64,000 nucleotides of DNA from a virus: positions 6,453 to 70,452 of the IMG/VR virus record IMGVR_UViG_3300030328_001739; one strand, 5' to 3'. The stretch's first letter is position 1. Each line of letters starts with the position of its first letter. Shown one piece after another: positions 1-11,187 of this stretch. The notes beneath the pieces were generated by a model. It was not told the DNA's origin, ran no database searches, and was given only the letters and a program-made list of their open reading frames with translations. Both the position numbers and the translations under genes were made by a program.

Positions 1-24
1 AATAGTAAAGAGAGAAGTGAAAAA

Positions 25-381
25 ATGCCTATATTGCAGAAAGAAATTGAATTGAATGACGGAAGTAAAATCTTGGTACGACAAGTATCAGGAATGGAAA
101 GATTAGAGATTGACTCTAAACAAGCAAAAGTGTTTAGAGGCATGAGAGATTTCGGTCCTAATCCTATGGATTGGACCTCAGAACAACAATTAGAGTTTGC
201 TGATGCTCTAGACGAAGCCGGTTGCGGCCCTACCGCACAAATGGCTGCTTGGATTCCCAACTGTATCGTTACGGAGGGTTTTGACGCAAATGATTTGACA
301 ATGGCGGAACTGCAAGATATACTACGCTTTGTGCGTGGTGATGAAGAACCGGAGGGCGCAGTCCCTTTATCGAGTTCCTGA
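25..381 (+). CDS. tail assembly chaperone (gpG-like)
   Basis: Small acidic ORF two genes upstream of the tape measure; in-frame slippery heptamer C CCT TTA at 363-369 near its 3' end. Confidence 0.65.
   Translation: MPILQKEIELNDGSKILVRQVSGMERLEIDSKQAKVFRGMRDFGPNPMDWTSEQQLEFADALDEAGCGPTAQMAAWIPNCIVTEGFDANDLTMAELQDILRFVRGDEEPEGAVPLSSS
363..369 (+). promoter_or_regulatory. -1 ribosomal frameshift slippery site
   Basis: X XXY YYZ = C CCT TTA in the reading frame of ORF 25..381 (GTC CCT TTA). Confidence 0.65.
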
Positions 382-665
382 TGGTTGCACCTTCGCTCTG
401 TTCAACTTTCAAAGGCGTAACCCCGAGCGAGTTGCGGATGAAATATGCGGAGCAAGGAGGGCGTTACCTAATGGATATAGATTTAGTTGTAGCGGCTGAA
501 ATTAGTGCTAGAATAAGTGAGCAACAAGATACCGATTCTCCAGCAGCATCTTCTAGAAAAGCAACGAAAGCGGTTGCTAAAAGAAATCAACGCAGAGCCA
601 TGTTAGACCAACAAGGCTTAGGGCAAGCGTTAAATGACACATTCGGCAATATGGGAGATGATTAA
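381..665 (+). CDS. tail assembly chaperone C-terminal extension (gpT-like, probably reached by -1 frameshift)
   Basis: Lies in the -1 frame of 25..381 with no stop between 366 and its ATG; directly precedes the tape measure. Confidence 0.6.
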   Translation: MVAPSLCSTFKGVTPSELRMKYAEQGGRYLMDIDLVVAAEISARISEQQDTDSPAASSRKATKAVAKRNQRRAMLDQQGLGQALNDTFGNMGDD

Positions 666-667
666 CT

Positions 668-3600
668 ATGGCATCCCGTACAGGCTCGGCAAGAGTATTC
701 TTCGAGGTTGTTGGTTCATTCCAAGCAGAAAAACTTCTGAAAGATACACAAGCAACTTCTACTGTAATGCAAGCAATTATGCTTGATGCTTTTGGTGGTG
801 TGTTTGAGTCTATTCAATTTGCCTTTGAAGGTATAAGTGATTTGTTCAAAGAACAAATAGATTCGTTTTATGAGTTTGAAGAACAAATGATTCAAGTAAG
901 AAAGTTCTATCAAGGTTCAGAAGAAGATGTTCAGTTTTTCGCAGACGCATCTAAACATCTTGGTGAGACTTTTGCATTTAGTGGTTCAGAAGCATTAAAA
1001 GCAGCAGCAAACATGGCACAGATGCAGACAGTATTAGGTAGTAAACAAGCGGTTATTGCTGGTACAGAGATGGGTCTTCTCTTTGCTGAAATAGGTAACA
1101 TGGAAACACAAGAGGCTATGAAGAAACTTACTAGCCTTATGCAACAAACAGGCTTTGCTATGGGTGGTTTAACAAAGGCTCAATATGACTCTTTAGATGC
1201 TCAAGAACAAGCAAATGTTGTTCGTGGTAATACAATGCGTGTGTTAGACCAACTTAACACTATTGAAAACTCAAGCGTTGCTACAATGCAGGACATGACT
1301 TTCGTATTGAACCAGTTCGCAGCACAGGGTAACTTGGCGGGCGAAACAATGGGTAGTATGGGTGCTTTAGCCGCTATGCTATTAGAGGCTGGTGAAGAAA
1401 CTAGCAGGGCTGGAACTGGTCTAAGAATGATGTTCTCTAGGATAGCAGTAGATGGAGGAGATGCTTCCGAAGCATTAGCAAAAGTTATCCCTGAATTAGA
1501 CGCTCAAACTATATCCATGATGTCTTTAACAGAGATAATTAAAGCATTAACCCCTCACTATAAAGAACTAGATAATATAGAAAAGATACGTCTTACACAG
1601 GCTGTTGCTGGAAACAGACATTATGTCAAGTTACAGAAGTTGCTAGAAAACCATGATAGGTTGCTACAAATGAATGAAATGGCTTATGCTGGTAATTATA
1701 GTGCAGCAGAAGAGTTTAACAACAGACAAGAATCTATGGTGTTTCAAATTGATAGGGCTAATGCTGCTATTGAAAACCAAAGAGTAGAGGTAGGAGAAAA
1801 CTTAGCAGAGGCTTATGTTCGTTCTTTAGCCCCTCAATATTATTTCTTACAAGGTCTAGAAAAGATAACTGATGAATCAAGTGAGTTTATGGGTATAGCC
1901 TATGGAGGAAAAATGAACACCGCTATATCCAATATTATGTTTATGGCTGAAACTATGCAACAATTAGAAGTTCCAATCAATTTTGCTATGGGTCTAGGTA
2001 ATATATTTATCTCTATGAAAACTATGTCTGTTCTTTTGAAACAAATGACTCAACAAGAAAAGGCTCATACAGAGGCTTTCCATAGAAGAATATTTATACA
2101 AGAACAATCGGCAGCATTGGCTAATAAGTTTACACATAAACAAATTAGAGATATTAAAGAGGTTCAACAAGCAGAATTAAAAGCGTTAGATAAAAGTATT
2201 GCAGGAATGAATGCTAAAAGGGCTGCTGCTATAAAGGCTAATAGACAACAAGAATCTAATATTGCTAGGATAATAGAAGAACATAGAGCCATTGGTGCTT
2301 TAGATACTACCGCAAAGGTACAGAAAAGCAACGCTATGATGTTAGATGTAGAAGCAAGAAGAGTACAAATGACTAACCATAATAATACTATAAGAATGAT
2401 GGAATCGGAAATACTGTATATTAGAAATATAAGAGCCATGAAAGCAGACTATCAAGTTAATCAATTAAACTATTTTATGATGGAATCAGGATATAGAGCG
2501 CAACAACAAAAAGACCAAAAAAACTTTATGGGTCATATTCAACGAGAAGCAGATTACTTGTCTAAACATATAGTTATTTTTAGAGAATTAACAGAAGTAG
2601 AACTAGAGCAACTTGGTGTTAAGATAAACGATATTAATGTATCAATGAGAAGGCAACACCTTATGCTTTCAGAGGCTAGGCTTAGGTTACAGTTGGGTAC
2701 TTTAACAGAGGAAGAAACAATAGCACTAGAAGAAGAAATAGCCACTAGAGAAAAACATATTAGTAGTATGGGTAGAGAACTGGCGGGTATTGAAGGTCTA
2801 ATTAATGCTAACGGTCAACTAAAGGCTAGGACTGATGAAGTAACTAGGGCATTAGGTGGTCTTTCAACTTATATGGCTAAACACAAAGGCGACTTGAGCA
2901 GTTCAGCAATAGCAGTTAAGTATTTTGGTGATGCTTGGAATCAAGCCCGTTATAATATGTTTATTGCAGAAGGAGCATTCAAATCCACTATGTCTACTAT
3001 ACAATTAGGTATGTCATCAGTATTAGGTCTTATGATGTTATTTACAGACAATACTGATTTACTGTCTGCTGCTATGATTGGTCTTGCTCTTGCTAATGGT
3101 ATAGGTGCTGCTGCTACATGGGCTTATGCTGCGGCTGCTGATGGGGCTACTCTTAGTACTATACTAATGCAAGCAGCAGCGACATCGGGATTATCTTTAA
3201 TTGCTGCTGGTGCAGCCTTAGCAGCAGGTTATGTTCTTTGGGAAACATTCAAACCTGATAAAAACTTTGAGGACAGTATGTCTGCTATAACAGATTTAGA
3301 TAATGGTTTAGGAGACTTACAATCAACTATGACTGATTTGTCAAAGAAAGGAGATGTAACTATTGACACAATACTTGGTGATACTACTTACAATCAACTT
3401 AGAAATAGTGCTACAATGGCGGCAGACGCAGTTGGTCTAATAGCAGAGAAACAAGATGAATTAAATGCAGCAATACTAGATACAGATACTTATAGCGACG
3501 CAGAAATAAAAGCACTACAAACTAAACTAGGTTATTATGAACAAATAGGTAAGGAAGTAGGCACAATAAATGATGCACATATGTCTTTGAATAAAACAAT

Positions 3601-4237
3601 ACAAAGAGAAACAACAGCAGCATCAACATATACTGCATCAGAAAGAAGCCGTGATTGGACCTATGAAATGATGACTAACCCTGAGAACTTTATATCGCAA
3701 TTAAATAGCGGTGTGATGATGCACCAAGCATCCATGTTTCAAGCAGGTCTACTTAAAGACGAAGAATTAAATCAGTATTTAGAAATGTATGGTAAGTTTG
3801 GTAAACAAATAGGGTATTACATTACTGGTATTGATACAGTATATGAAACAGCCGAAGAAAGAAACGAAGTTATGAATGCTATGAATCAGGCTTTGTTAAC
3901 CGATGCAGAATCAGTAGGAGATAATATAAAAGAGTTTTATGAAGGTATATTAGTAAATGTTGGAGAAGCAGCAACTACTATGACTTCGGATGTCGGTGCT
4001 GCTCTTTCAGAAGTTGGAGAGTTTGCTAACGCTAGAGAAGAATTGTTCTTTGGTAATCAAGCAAACTTTCAAGGCTCAGTATACAAACAAATTACACAAG
4101 GCGGGGTCGAAAGTCTATTACATAGAGTTGAAATAATGCAAACCAATGTGTTTAACGGTGTTACCATAGAAGAAGCAATAGATAGAGTATCAGATGGCGT
4201 AATGATGAACCTAAGAGCGCAAGGTGTACCAATATGA
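668..4237 (+). CDS. tail tape measure protein
   Basis: 1189 aa, helical and Ala/Met/Gln-rich; TP901-type core (AGEETSRAGTGLRMMFSRI); hydrophobic segments near aa 780-860. Confidence 0.9.
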   Translation: MASRTGSARVFFEVVGSFQAEKLLKDTQATSTVMQAIMLDAFGGVFESIQFAFEGISDLFKEQIDSFYEFEEQMIQVRKFYQGSEEDVQFFADASKHLGETFAFSGSEALKAAANMAQMQTVLGSKQAVIAGTEMGLLFAEIGNMETQEAMKKLTSLMQQTGFAMGGLTKAQYDSLDAQEQANVVRGNTMRVLDQLNTIENSSVATMQDMTFVLNQFAAQGNLAGETMGSMGALAAMLLEAGEETSRAGTGLRMMFSRIAVDGGDASEALAKVIPELDAQTISMMSLTEIIKALTPHYKELDNIEKIRLTQAVAGNRHYVKLQKLLENHDRLLQMNEMAYAGNYSAAEEFNNRQESMVFQIDRANAAIENQRVEVGENLAEAYVRSLAPQYYFLQGLEKITDESSEFMGIAYGGKMNTAISNIMFMAETMQQLEVPINFAMGLGNIFISMKTMSVLLKQMTQQEKAHTEAFHRRIFIQEQSAALANKFTHKQIRDIKEVQQAELKALDKSIAGMNAKRAAAIKANRQQESNIARIIEEHRAIGALDTTAKVQKSNAMMLDVEARRVQMTNHNNTIRMMESEILYIRNIRAMKADYQVNQLNYFMMESGYRAQQQKDQKNFMGHIQREADYLSKHIVIFRELTEVELEQLGVKINDINVSMRRQHLMLSEARLRLQLGTLTEEETIALEEEIATREKHISSMGRELAGIEGLINANGQLKARTDEVTRALGGLSTYMAKHKGDLSSSAIAVKYFGDAWNQARYNMFIAEGAFKSTMSTIQLGMSSVLGLMMLFTDNTDLLSAAMIGLALANGIGAAATWAYAAAADGATLSTILMQAAATSGLSLIAAGAALAAGYVLWETFKPDKNFEDSMSAITDLDNGLGDLQSTMTDLSKKGDVTIDTILGDTTYNQLRNSATMAADAVGLIAEKQDELNAAILDTDTYSDAEIKALQTKLGYYEQIGKEVGTINDAHMSLNKTIQRETTAASTYTASERSRDWTYEMMTNPENFISQLNSGVMMHQASMFQAGLLKDEELNQYLEMYGKFGKQIGYYITGIDTVYETAEERNEVMNAMNQALLTDAESVGDNIKEFYEGILVNVGEAATTMTSDVGAALSEVGEFANAREELFFGNQANFQGSVYKQITQGGVESLLHRVEIMQTNVFNGVTIEEAIDRVSDGVMMNLRAQGVPI

Positions 4238-7200
4238 GAACTACAACAGACGAAATAAACGTATGGTTAGTAGGTTACTACGATGACTTTCAATCATCCA
4301 AATCAATAGCAGATGACTTAAACGCTGCTAACGCTACATCAACAGACCATACTATTACTCATCATGGTAATCCTATGAACGGAGAAGCGTTTAACAATCC
4401 TACTTTTCGTTATTCTTACGCTGATAGAGCGCAATATACTACTTATTTAGTAGGTAGCGATTCTTTTAGTGCGGCACAATTATTCACCACTACATCCCCA
4501 TCAATAAAGAATGAGGGTCATCATCAATGGTTGACATTAGATTTAATCAGAAATAATAAATACGACTGGGAAGGCAGAGCGCAACTACAATATCCTGATT
4601 CAAGAAGAGGTACTAGACAAAGATTTAGTGGGGCAGCAGGAGATTCATATGAAGCGTTTGTAAACGCACATGATACTAGAGGTCTATACTACGCCCCGTT
4701 AGGTGTTATAGATTCTACCGCAGGTAGGTCTAGAGTATATGCAGCCAACGCAGCAGATAACGATGGGGATATGTATGAAGGTGCTGGTTCACATATACGT
4801 GTAGATGTTGAGGGTCAATACGGTACTAAATCAATATCACTAGCGGGTGTTTTAATGGGAGAACAAATGAATACAAGTTCTTCTAGTAGAGGTACTTCTA
4901 CTAAGAATCTATATCCACTTAAATCTCCAGCAGGTAAACCGTTTTTAGTTTCTAAATTATTTGGTAATTCTACTGGGAGACATAGAATACTAAACTATGA
5001 TGGACCCATGCAATTTGTGGGTTTAGGTGATACTTTCAATATGAGGATTGCTGCTCATGCTATGGGTGGTTGGGGTGGAGAAAGATACACTCTTAACTTA
5101 GGATATAAAAAGGCAGATGGTTTTAATAAAAGTAACCAAACATTTGGTAGTAACCCGTTGCTAACTTTAGAAATACCGATTAGTAATTTAGGTTCTTACA
5201 ATAGCGGCAACTATTTATCAATAAATAACTATACTGCATCAGATAACAACGGCCAATGGACTGATATAGATGTGGTATTAGATTTTTCCGCTAATACATA
5301 TAAAGCATATGCAGATGGAACATTATTTAGCAACGGTGCATTCAGTAACAATTGGTCTGCTGGTGATATATATGGTTGGTCGCTTGATGTAAATTGTACT
5401 GGCTCTATGAGCAAAAACGTAGGTATGATTACTTGTATAGATAGAGCAGCACTTTATATCCCATTAGGGGATGCAGTACAAGATACCAACTATACACCTA
5501 TTACTAGTCTTACTATTGATAAACAAACTAATGCTTTATCTACTGTTCAGGTAGTTATATCTGATGATGATAATAGGTATGGTGTAAGTGGTTTAATATC
5601 GGCAGAAGGTTTTACAGAATGGGATATGATAGTATTTAGAGATAATTTAGATAGACCTATATTTTGGGGTACTCTTAGTGGTATGGCTCATACACAAAAC
5701 CCTAAATCCCAAACACTAGATACTTTATTTGTTGCTGATGAGAAATATTCGTTGCTAGATAGACAGTTACCAGTATGGGAAACAGGACAGAATGCTTATC
5801 TATCAAGAGAAGGACATTTAGCATTAAATACTCAAATAGAAAAGAATTATAATTTGGTTAAAAATATGGGTGATATATTAAACACAGGTACTAAAAAACT
5901 TACCTTTAATAATTCTACTATTGGTTTTGAATCTTCTGATTTTACAACAGCAGACAACCAAAGAACTTCTTTGGGTTCATCTCACCCTATTCAAATGTAT
6001 ATCAATGAAGATGTAAACGGACCTAACAACGCAGAAAAAGACTGGGATGGTTATGATTCACCAAAATATATGTTAGCAGATACAAGATATATTTTTCATC
6101 CTACTACTAATTTTACTTATTTTGTTATTGACTCTACTGCTCATTTAGTAGGCTCTAGTGGTGTATCGGCATCTAATACCATTATGTCTACATTCCCTGA
6201 TAGTGCTGGAACTAGAACATTTACTGTATCAGCAATAACAACTATGAGTAGAAGTGGGAATGCTCCTGATGAAACACCAACATCCTATAAGTTGCTTAAG
6301 GTTGCTAACTCTAACAACACAACACTTACACCTACTGCTCTTTGTAGCCAATATCAACTTCTATACACTAATTTAACTGATAGTACTAAAAAAAGACTTA
6401 GGTTTACTACTGCTAGCGCACACGGTTTAACATTAGGTAGTAAAATATTATTTGGTTCAGTCATTGACCCTAGTAGTAACAACGACCCAGTATCTCAAGC
6501 GTTTTTATTTGACGGTGGTAGATATAGAATATTAGGTGTACCTTCTTCTACTACTTTTGATATTGAAGTTACTAATATGACTATTACAACTTCAGCAGCG
6601 CAGAACTTTGGTGCAGCAGGTTATAGATTACCTATAATAAATGAAAGTGGTTATAGTGTAACAGATAACAACTTGCATATAGTAGGTAAAGACCAAACAG
6701 ATTACTATACTGGTAAAGAAGGTGGTTATTATAGAAACGTACATACAAGATGGATGCGTGATATATCAGAATCACTTTGGTTCAAATCAAAGTTTGGTGT
6801 AATATCCAAAACTTGTTATCATTCAGCAGGTAAAAATACAATAACAAATAATCCTGTTGCGCCAACACTCGCTAGTGCCTATTCACAAGATACTGCTACA
6901 TTTACTGGTATATCTTCATTTACTACATCTAGTACAACACTTAGTTGTGATGACCCCGCAATATGGTATTACAATGTAGTTTTAGGAAAACCCGGTATTT
7001 TAGATGTTATAGACCCAATAACAAAAAGAAGAGATACTATTTTATTTGACGGTACTAGTACGCCTAGTACAGCCTCGTTATCCTATATACAATTAAATAG
7101 TGGTGCTGCTGTTACGATTGACGGTAATGCTTGGAGAAATGGATTTCAAGTTAGCGACACAACAATAAAGATATGGGATATTGTAGTACATACTGGTTTT

Positions 7201-10200
7201 GATAATTCTGAATTAAATGGTGTTTTCCAAGTTAGTGGTATATACACTCAGACTGGTGGGGTAACAAAGTATGTCGCAGTAAGAATTAAAGGTTACGATA
7301 GTAAAGTAAACAATGCTTCTACGGTTAACACTTCTTGGTTTGATGACCCTGATGATATGTGGCCTCTTATTACTAGGAATAGTGTTGTAGCAGGTGTTGA
7401 TATTGGTAGTTATGTTGTTTACGAATATACAGATAAAATATCTGCACCAACAACAACTAATGCTAGTTACAATGTTGCTAGTTTTACTAGTTCGACAGGT
7501 AGTATATATTTTGGTTCATATAATATACAAAATGTAAAAGGCCAAAGAACAGATTGGACTTCGGGGGATTTCTTGTATAGGTATAGACAAATAGATGAAA
7601 GCAACGGGTATAAACACTTATGGTTGCTATGGTCTGATATGAGAAATGATGGTAACGCTGATGCTAATGATGGTAAAAATATAAGTGATTTTGGGCTTAT
7701 GTTACCTACTACTTCTAACTACGACTTAGACCTTGTATTTGCAGACCAATTTGATTCTGATGGAGACAATACACCATTCACTAGTCTAAAAATAGGAGAG
7801 GAAGTAGATATATGGAATATAGATGCGGATGCAGAACCATACACAGGTAATGATTGGTCTGATTTGGCTAATGCTTCTGATACATATAAAATAGGAGAAA
7901 TAAGAAGTGCCGGTAATACCAATCCTTATTCTGACTGGAAGAATAAAGGTGGTTCATTCTTAATTATAGATACTAGTAGATTTTTCAATATGAACACCGA
8001 AGCAACCAACGGTAGACCGGGGTATGAAGTAGGTGGTCTTGCGCACTTTGATGATTATGATATACCTATTGCTGGAACACCATACTTATTAGATGCTTAC
8101 TGGAAAAAAGCGGTTGCTAGTTATCAAAACTCAGGTACTCTATTAAACGGAACTACTACATCCAATATAGCAAATCATCCTAATCAATTTAACTTTTTGA
8201 ATGATGCTACACTAATTGATGGTGATAGTATAATAATAGACCAAACAAGTTTGGTTTTACAAGATGCTACACATTTTAATCTAGGTAGTGGCGTAGATGG
8301 TTATGGTGTAATAGTAGCAACAAGCGGCCAAGATAGATATTTATATGCTCTTAGATGGAATGGTGTTACAGGTAATACCTTAACAAATGTATATATCGGT
8401 GGTTATACTGAAATGGCTGTTGACCCAGTAAGTATTAGACAATTTTTAGATGATTCAGATAGTGAATGGACTCTTGGTAGTAGAGCAAACATACAAATAA
8501 AAGACCCTGCTAATACTTCATCAGAAGGATATGATAGTGTAGTTGTATACAATACACCAGCAGCATTGTATGGGTTTAGGTTACTAATGAGTGTAGATGG
8601 TTATGTGTCTGATAAGAATAGTGGTACTTATTATGATAGTGATAAAATTAGAATGCTGCAAAATACAGCGTTGCTAAATACTTGGACTAGAAACTCACAT
8701 CTACCTGCTATTGTAGGTATTAAAAATGTACCATTAACTAGGAACATGACTACTACACAAATAGCACACGCTGGTACTGATTACGAAGACTTTGGTAGTG
8801 TTACAGATATTAGGAATAATACTTTCCAAAAAGGAATAGATACCATAAGAAGAAATAGTGGTAGTGGTTCTAGTGGGACTAATAAGATATTTTCTAGGGT
8901 AGTGGGTAGGGATGGTATGTATGATTATAGGCCTTCTTTTAATCTAAACTTAGCATTAACTAGAAGCAATATTAAAAACGCTAATATGAAATTAGATGCA
9001 ACAGGTATAGTAACTAATATTAGAGCATACTATGACGGCAACAAAGCATTTGTAGATTATCCCGAAGCAACTACTGGAACAGAGGCTAGATGGAAAATAT
9101 TAGATTTATCTAAAGTAAGAACTAGAGAAGAAGCATTAGCATTAGCACAAAAAGAATATGATATTAAGAAATCAAGTGCTATGTCGGTAGACGTACAACT
9201 AATAGGCACAGGAACAGAAAAAGACCCATATTTATCAGGTGGTAAATATGGTTATATCGCTGACCCTGCGGTTGTTACATTAGAAATTAGCAACAAAGAA
9301 AAATACGCTTGTTCTTGGACTTCATTATTTGGTGGTATACCATACCCCGGAATGTGTAATGCTATGGATGGTATTAGTAGAAGTGATAAAAGTAACGCTA
9401 TTCGTGCTGCTATATTTAATGATAGAACATCAGATTTATCAAGTAAATTAGTTATTCTCGGTTGTTCAGAAGCAGCAGGTGGAAATGGCGGGATAAGATG
9501 GACCGCAAGTAGTTTAGAAATAGATTGGAGCAAAACACATGGCGGTGGTTCAACAGGTACGTTTACTATACCTGACCCTAGTGTATCGGGTTTTGGTAGT
9601 ATTACTAGCGGTAGTGATAAGATAACATTTTATTATTCAGCAGGTATGGATTTGGTTGCTGATGATAACGAACAAATAGAGTATATTAATACATTCCCTG
9701 CAAAAGATTACTATTCTAACTATGGAGCAAAAAGCATTAGTCATGCTTTACAGATAGTACATATACCTAAATCAACACCTAGCGTTAGTGCTAATTGGGG
9801 TTCTGAACTTAGATTCTGTATTAGTGTTACTAGTGGAACTTCTGCTGATGACGCAGAGTTTACTGTTCACGCAATAGATTATGCGTTTGCTAATACAGGT
9901 GGTGTATCACAATTTACGGCAACTCACAAATCTAATTCTTCTGTTTTAGTAAATGGTAATGGATTTTATGAGTTAGGATTCCCTTCTACTTACGGAGCAA
10001 CTGCTGGTGCTAAAATGATTATATCTGTAAATACAGACTACCTAAGAGCAATACTTAGAACTAGATGCGGGGACCAAATAAAAAATGGTAGCAACATTCC
10101 GGGTCTTAGTACATTTACTAGTACTGATACTAGGTCTTTATTTCCATTAGGTATGAAAATAGATACAGGTGAAGGAGGCATTTCCAATGAAAGAGTTGCG

Positions 10201-11187
10201 TGGTATGCACCTAGATTAAATGTTGTAGATGATGTTAACTACTATCCAGCAACTAACGTAACACTAACTGATACTCATATAGATTTATCATCACAAAGTA
10301 TGATAGTTAGAAACGTAAACTATCAAAGAAAAAACCAAAAGACACCAAATCTTTCTCTTACTTTAGAAAGAAATGAAGCAAGATACAAAAAGACGTTAGC
10401 CTCTTTATTCTCTGACGGTAAACCAACAGGAGGAATACAAGAAGGAGAAGGGCAACAAGGTAATCAAGCCAGTAACCCGCAAGGTCAAGGTCCATCATCC
10501 CCTAATAAGGAAGGTGGAATGAGAGATGGAGGATTTAAGTTAAACACTATGAGCCTTACTACTATGTCTAGGGTATCAGGCAAAACAGAGTTCAAAACTG
10601 ATGCTGGTAGTTCAGATGCAGAGTGGGGTGTAATAGGACAAAAAAAGATAGCAACGACTAGTACAGCCAGCACTACCGTTGATGGCTTTGATGCTGTTGT
10701 AACAGGTAGTGGTAGTGTTAGTTGTAGTGATGGTTTTGTTTTGCCGGGAACCTATATTGATGGTGATGGCGTTGCTAGAACGGGTGTATCTCACGAACAA
10801 TCATTTACAGTAAGAGTTCCTAGTGATTCAGTAGATAGTTTTGTTGTCTTAAAAGCACAGGCTACACTAGATGGAACTAAACAAACTGCAAGCCAAAACG
10901 CAGTCTTAACGATAAAAGTAGAATCAGAAGACAATACAAACTATGGTAGCAACACAATAACTATTGGTTCTACATCCACAGATAGAAAAGAATACGTGTT
11001 GTTTTCACAGAAGGTAAAAGGGGCTGTTGCTGGTAGCAACCTAAAGATTACTATAACTAGAAATCCCGGCTCAGGAAGCGATACAGCGTCTTATAGAGCA
11101 TTAAGAGTACACAATGTATCCTTATCTACTACAAGGGCTACAAATCCCTCTAAATCTAGTGCTAAGACATTTAAGCCTTATTCATAA
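4234..11187 (+). CDS. giant tail/baseplate or tail-tip protein
   Basis: 2317 aa, S/T/N/G-rich and beta-type, immediately after the tape measure; 'TREEALALAQKEY' resembles phage tail hub segments. Confidence 0.65.
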   Translation: MRTTTDEINVWLVGYYDDFQSSKSIADDLNAANATSTDHTITHHGNPMNGEAFNNPTFRYSYADRAQYTTYLVGSDSFSAAQLFTTTSPSIKNEGHHQWLTLDLIRNNKYDWEGRAQLQYPDSRRGTRQRFSGAAGDSYEAFVNAHDTRGLYYAPLGVIDSTAGRSRVYAANAADNDGDMYEGAGSHIRVDVEGQYGTKSISLAGVLMGEQMNTSSSSRGTSTKNLYPLKSPAGKPFLVSKLFGNSTGRHRILNYDGPMQFVGLGDTFNMRIAAHAMGGWGGERYTLNLGYKKADGFNKSNQTFGSNPLLTLEIPISNLGSYNSGNYLSINNYTASDNNGQWTDIDVVLDFSANTYKAYADGTLFSNGAFSNNWSAGDIYGWSLDVNCTGSMSKNVGMITCIDRAALYIPLGDAVQDTNYTPITSLTIDKQTNALSTVQVVISDDDNRYGVSGLISAEGFTEWDMIVFRDNLDRPIFWGTLSGMAHTQNPKSQTLDTLFVADEKYSLLDRQLPVWETGQNAYLSREGHLALNTQIEKNYNLVKNMGDILNTGTKKLTFNNSTIGFESSDFTTADNQRTSLGSSHPIQMYINEDVNGPNNAEKDWDGYDSPKYMLADTRYIFHPTTNFTYFVIDSTAHLVGSSGVSASNTIMSTFPDSAGTRTFTVSAITTMSRSGNAPDETPTSYKLLKVANSNNTTLTPTALCSQYQLLYTNLTDSTKKRLRFTTASAHGLTLGSKILFGSVIDPSSNNDPVSQAFLFDGGRYRILGVPSSTTFDIEVTNMTITTSAAQNFGAAGYRLPIINESGYSVTDNNLHIVGKDQTDYYTGKEGGYYRNVHTRWMRDISESLWFKSKFGVISKTCYHSAGKNTITNNPVAPTLASAYSQDTATFTGISSFTTSSTTLSCDDPAIWYYNVVLGKPGILDVIDPITKRRDTILFDGTSTPSTASLSYIQLNSGAAVTIDGNAWRNGFQVSDTTIKIWDIVVHTGFDNSELNGVFQVSGIYTQTGGVTKYVAVRIKGYDSKVNNASTVNTSWFDDPDDMWPLITRNSVVAGVDIGSYVVYEYTDKISAPTTTNASYNVASFTSSTGSIYFGSYNIQNVKGQRTDWTSGDFLYRYRQIDESNGYKHLWLLWSDMRNDGNADANDGKNISDFGLMLPTTSNYDLDLVFADQFDSDGDNTPFTSLKIGEEVDIWNIDADAEPYTGNDWSDLANASDTYKIGEIRSAGNTNPYSDWKNKGGSFLIIDTSRFFNMNTEATNGRPGYEVGGLAHFDDYDIPIAGTPYLLDAYWKKAVASYQNSGTLLNGTTTSNIANHPNQFNFLNDATLIDGDSIIIDQTSLVLQDATHFNLGSGVDGYGVIVATSGQDRYLYALRWNGVTGNTLTNVYIGGYTEMAVDPVSIRQFLDDSDSEWTLGSRANIQIKDPANTSSEGYDSVVVYNTPAALYGFRLLMSVDGYVSDKNSGTYYDSDKIRMLQNTALLNTWTRNSHLPAIVGIKNVPLTRNMTTTQIAHAGTDYEDFGSVTDIRNNTFQKGIDTIRRNSGSGSSGTNKIFSRVVGRDGMYDYRPSFNLNLALTRSNIKNANMKLDATGIVTNIRAYYDGNKAFVDYPEATTGTEARWKILDLSKVRTREEALALAQKEYDIKKSSAMSVDVQLIGTGTEKDPYLSGGKYGYIADPAVVTLEISNKEKYACSWTSLFGGIPYPGMCNAMDGISRSDKSNAIRAAIFNDRTSDLSSKLVILGCSEAAGGNGGIRWTASSLEIDWSKTHGGGSTGTFTIPDPSVSGFGSITSGSDKITFYYSAGMDLVADDNEQIEYINTFPAKDYYSNYGAKSISHALQIVHIPKSTPSVSANWGSELRFCISVTSGTSADDAEFTVHAIDYAFANTGGVSQFTATHKSNSSVLVNGNGFYELGFPSTYGATAGAKMIISVNTDYLRAILRTRCGDQIKNGSNIPGLSTFTSTDTRSLFPLGMKIDTGEGGISNERVAWYAPRLNVVDDVNYYPATNVTLTDTHIDLSSQSMIVRNVNYQRKNQKTPNLSLTLERNEARYKKTLASLFSDGKPTGGIQEGEGQQGNQASNPQGQGPSSPNKEGGMRDGGFKLNTMSLTTMSRVSGKTEFKTDAGSSDAEWGVIGQKKIATTSTASTTVDGFDAVVTGSGSVSCSDGFVLPGTYIDGDGVARTGVSHEQSFTVRVPSDSVDSFVVLKAQATLDGTKQTASQNAVLTIKVESEDNTNYGSNTITIGSTSTDRKEYVLFSQKVKGAVAGSNLKITITRNPGSGSDTASYRALRVHNVSLSTTRATNPSKSSAKTFKPYS

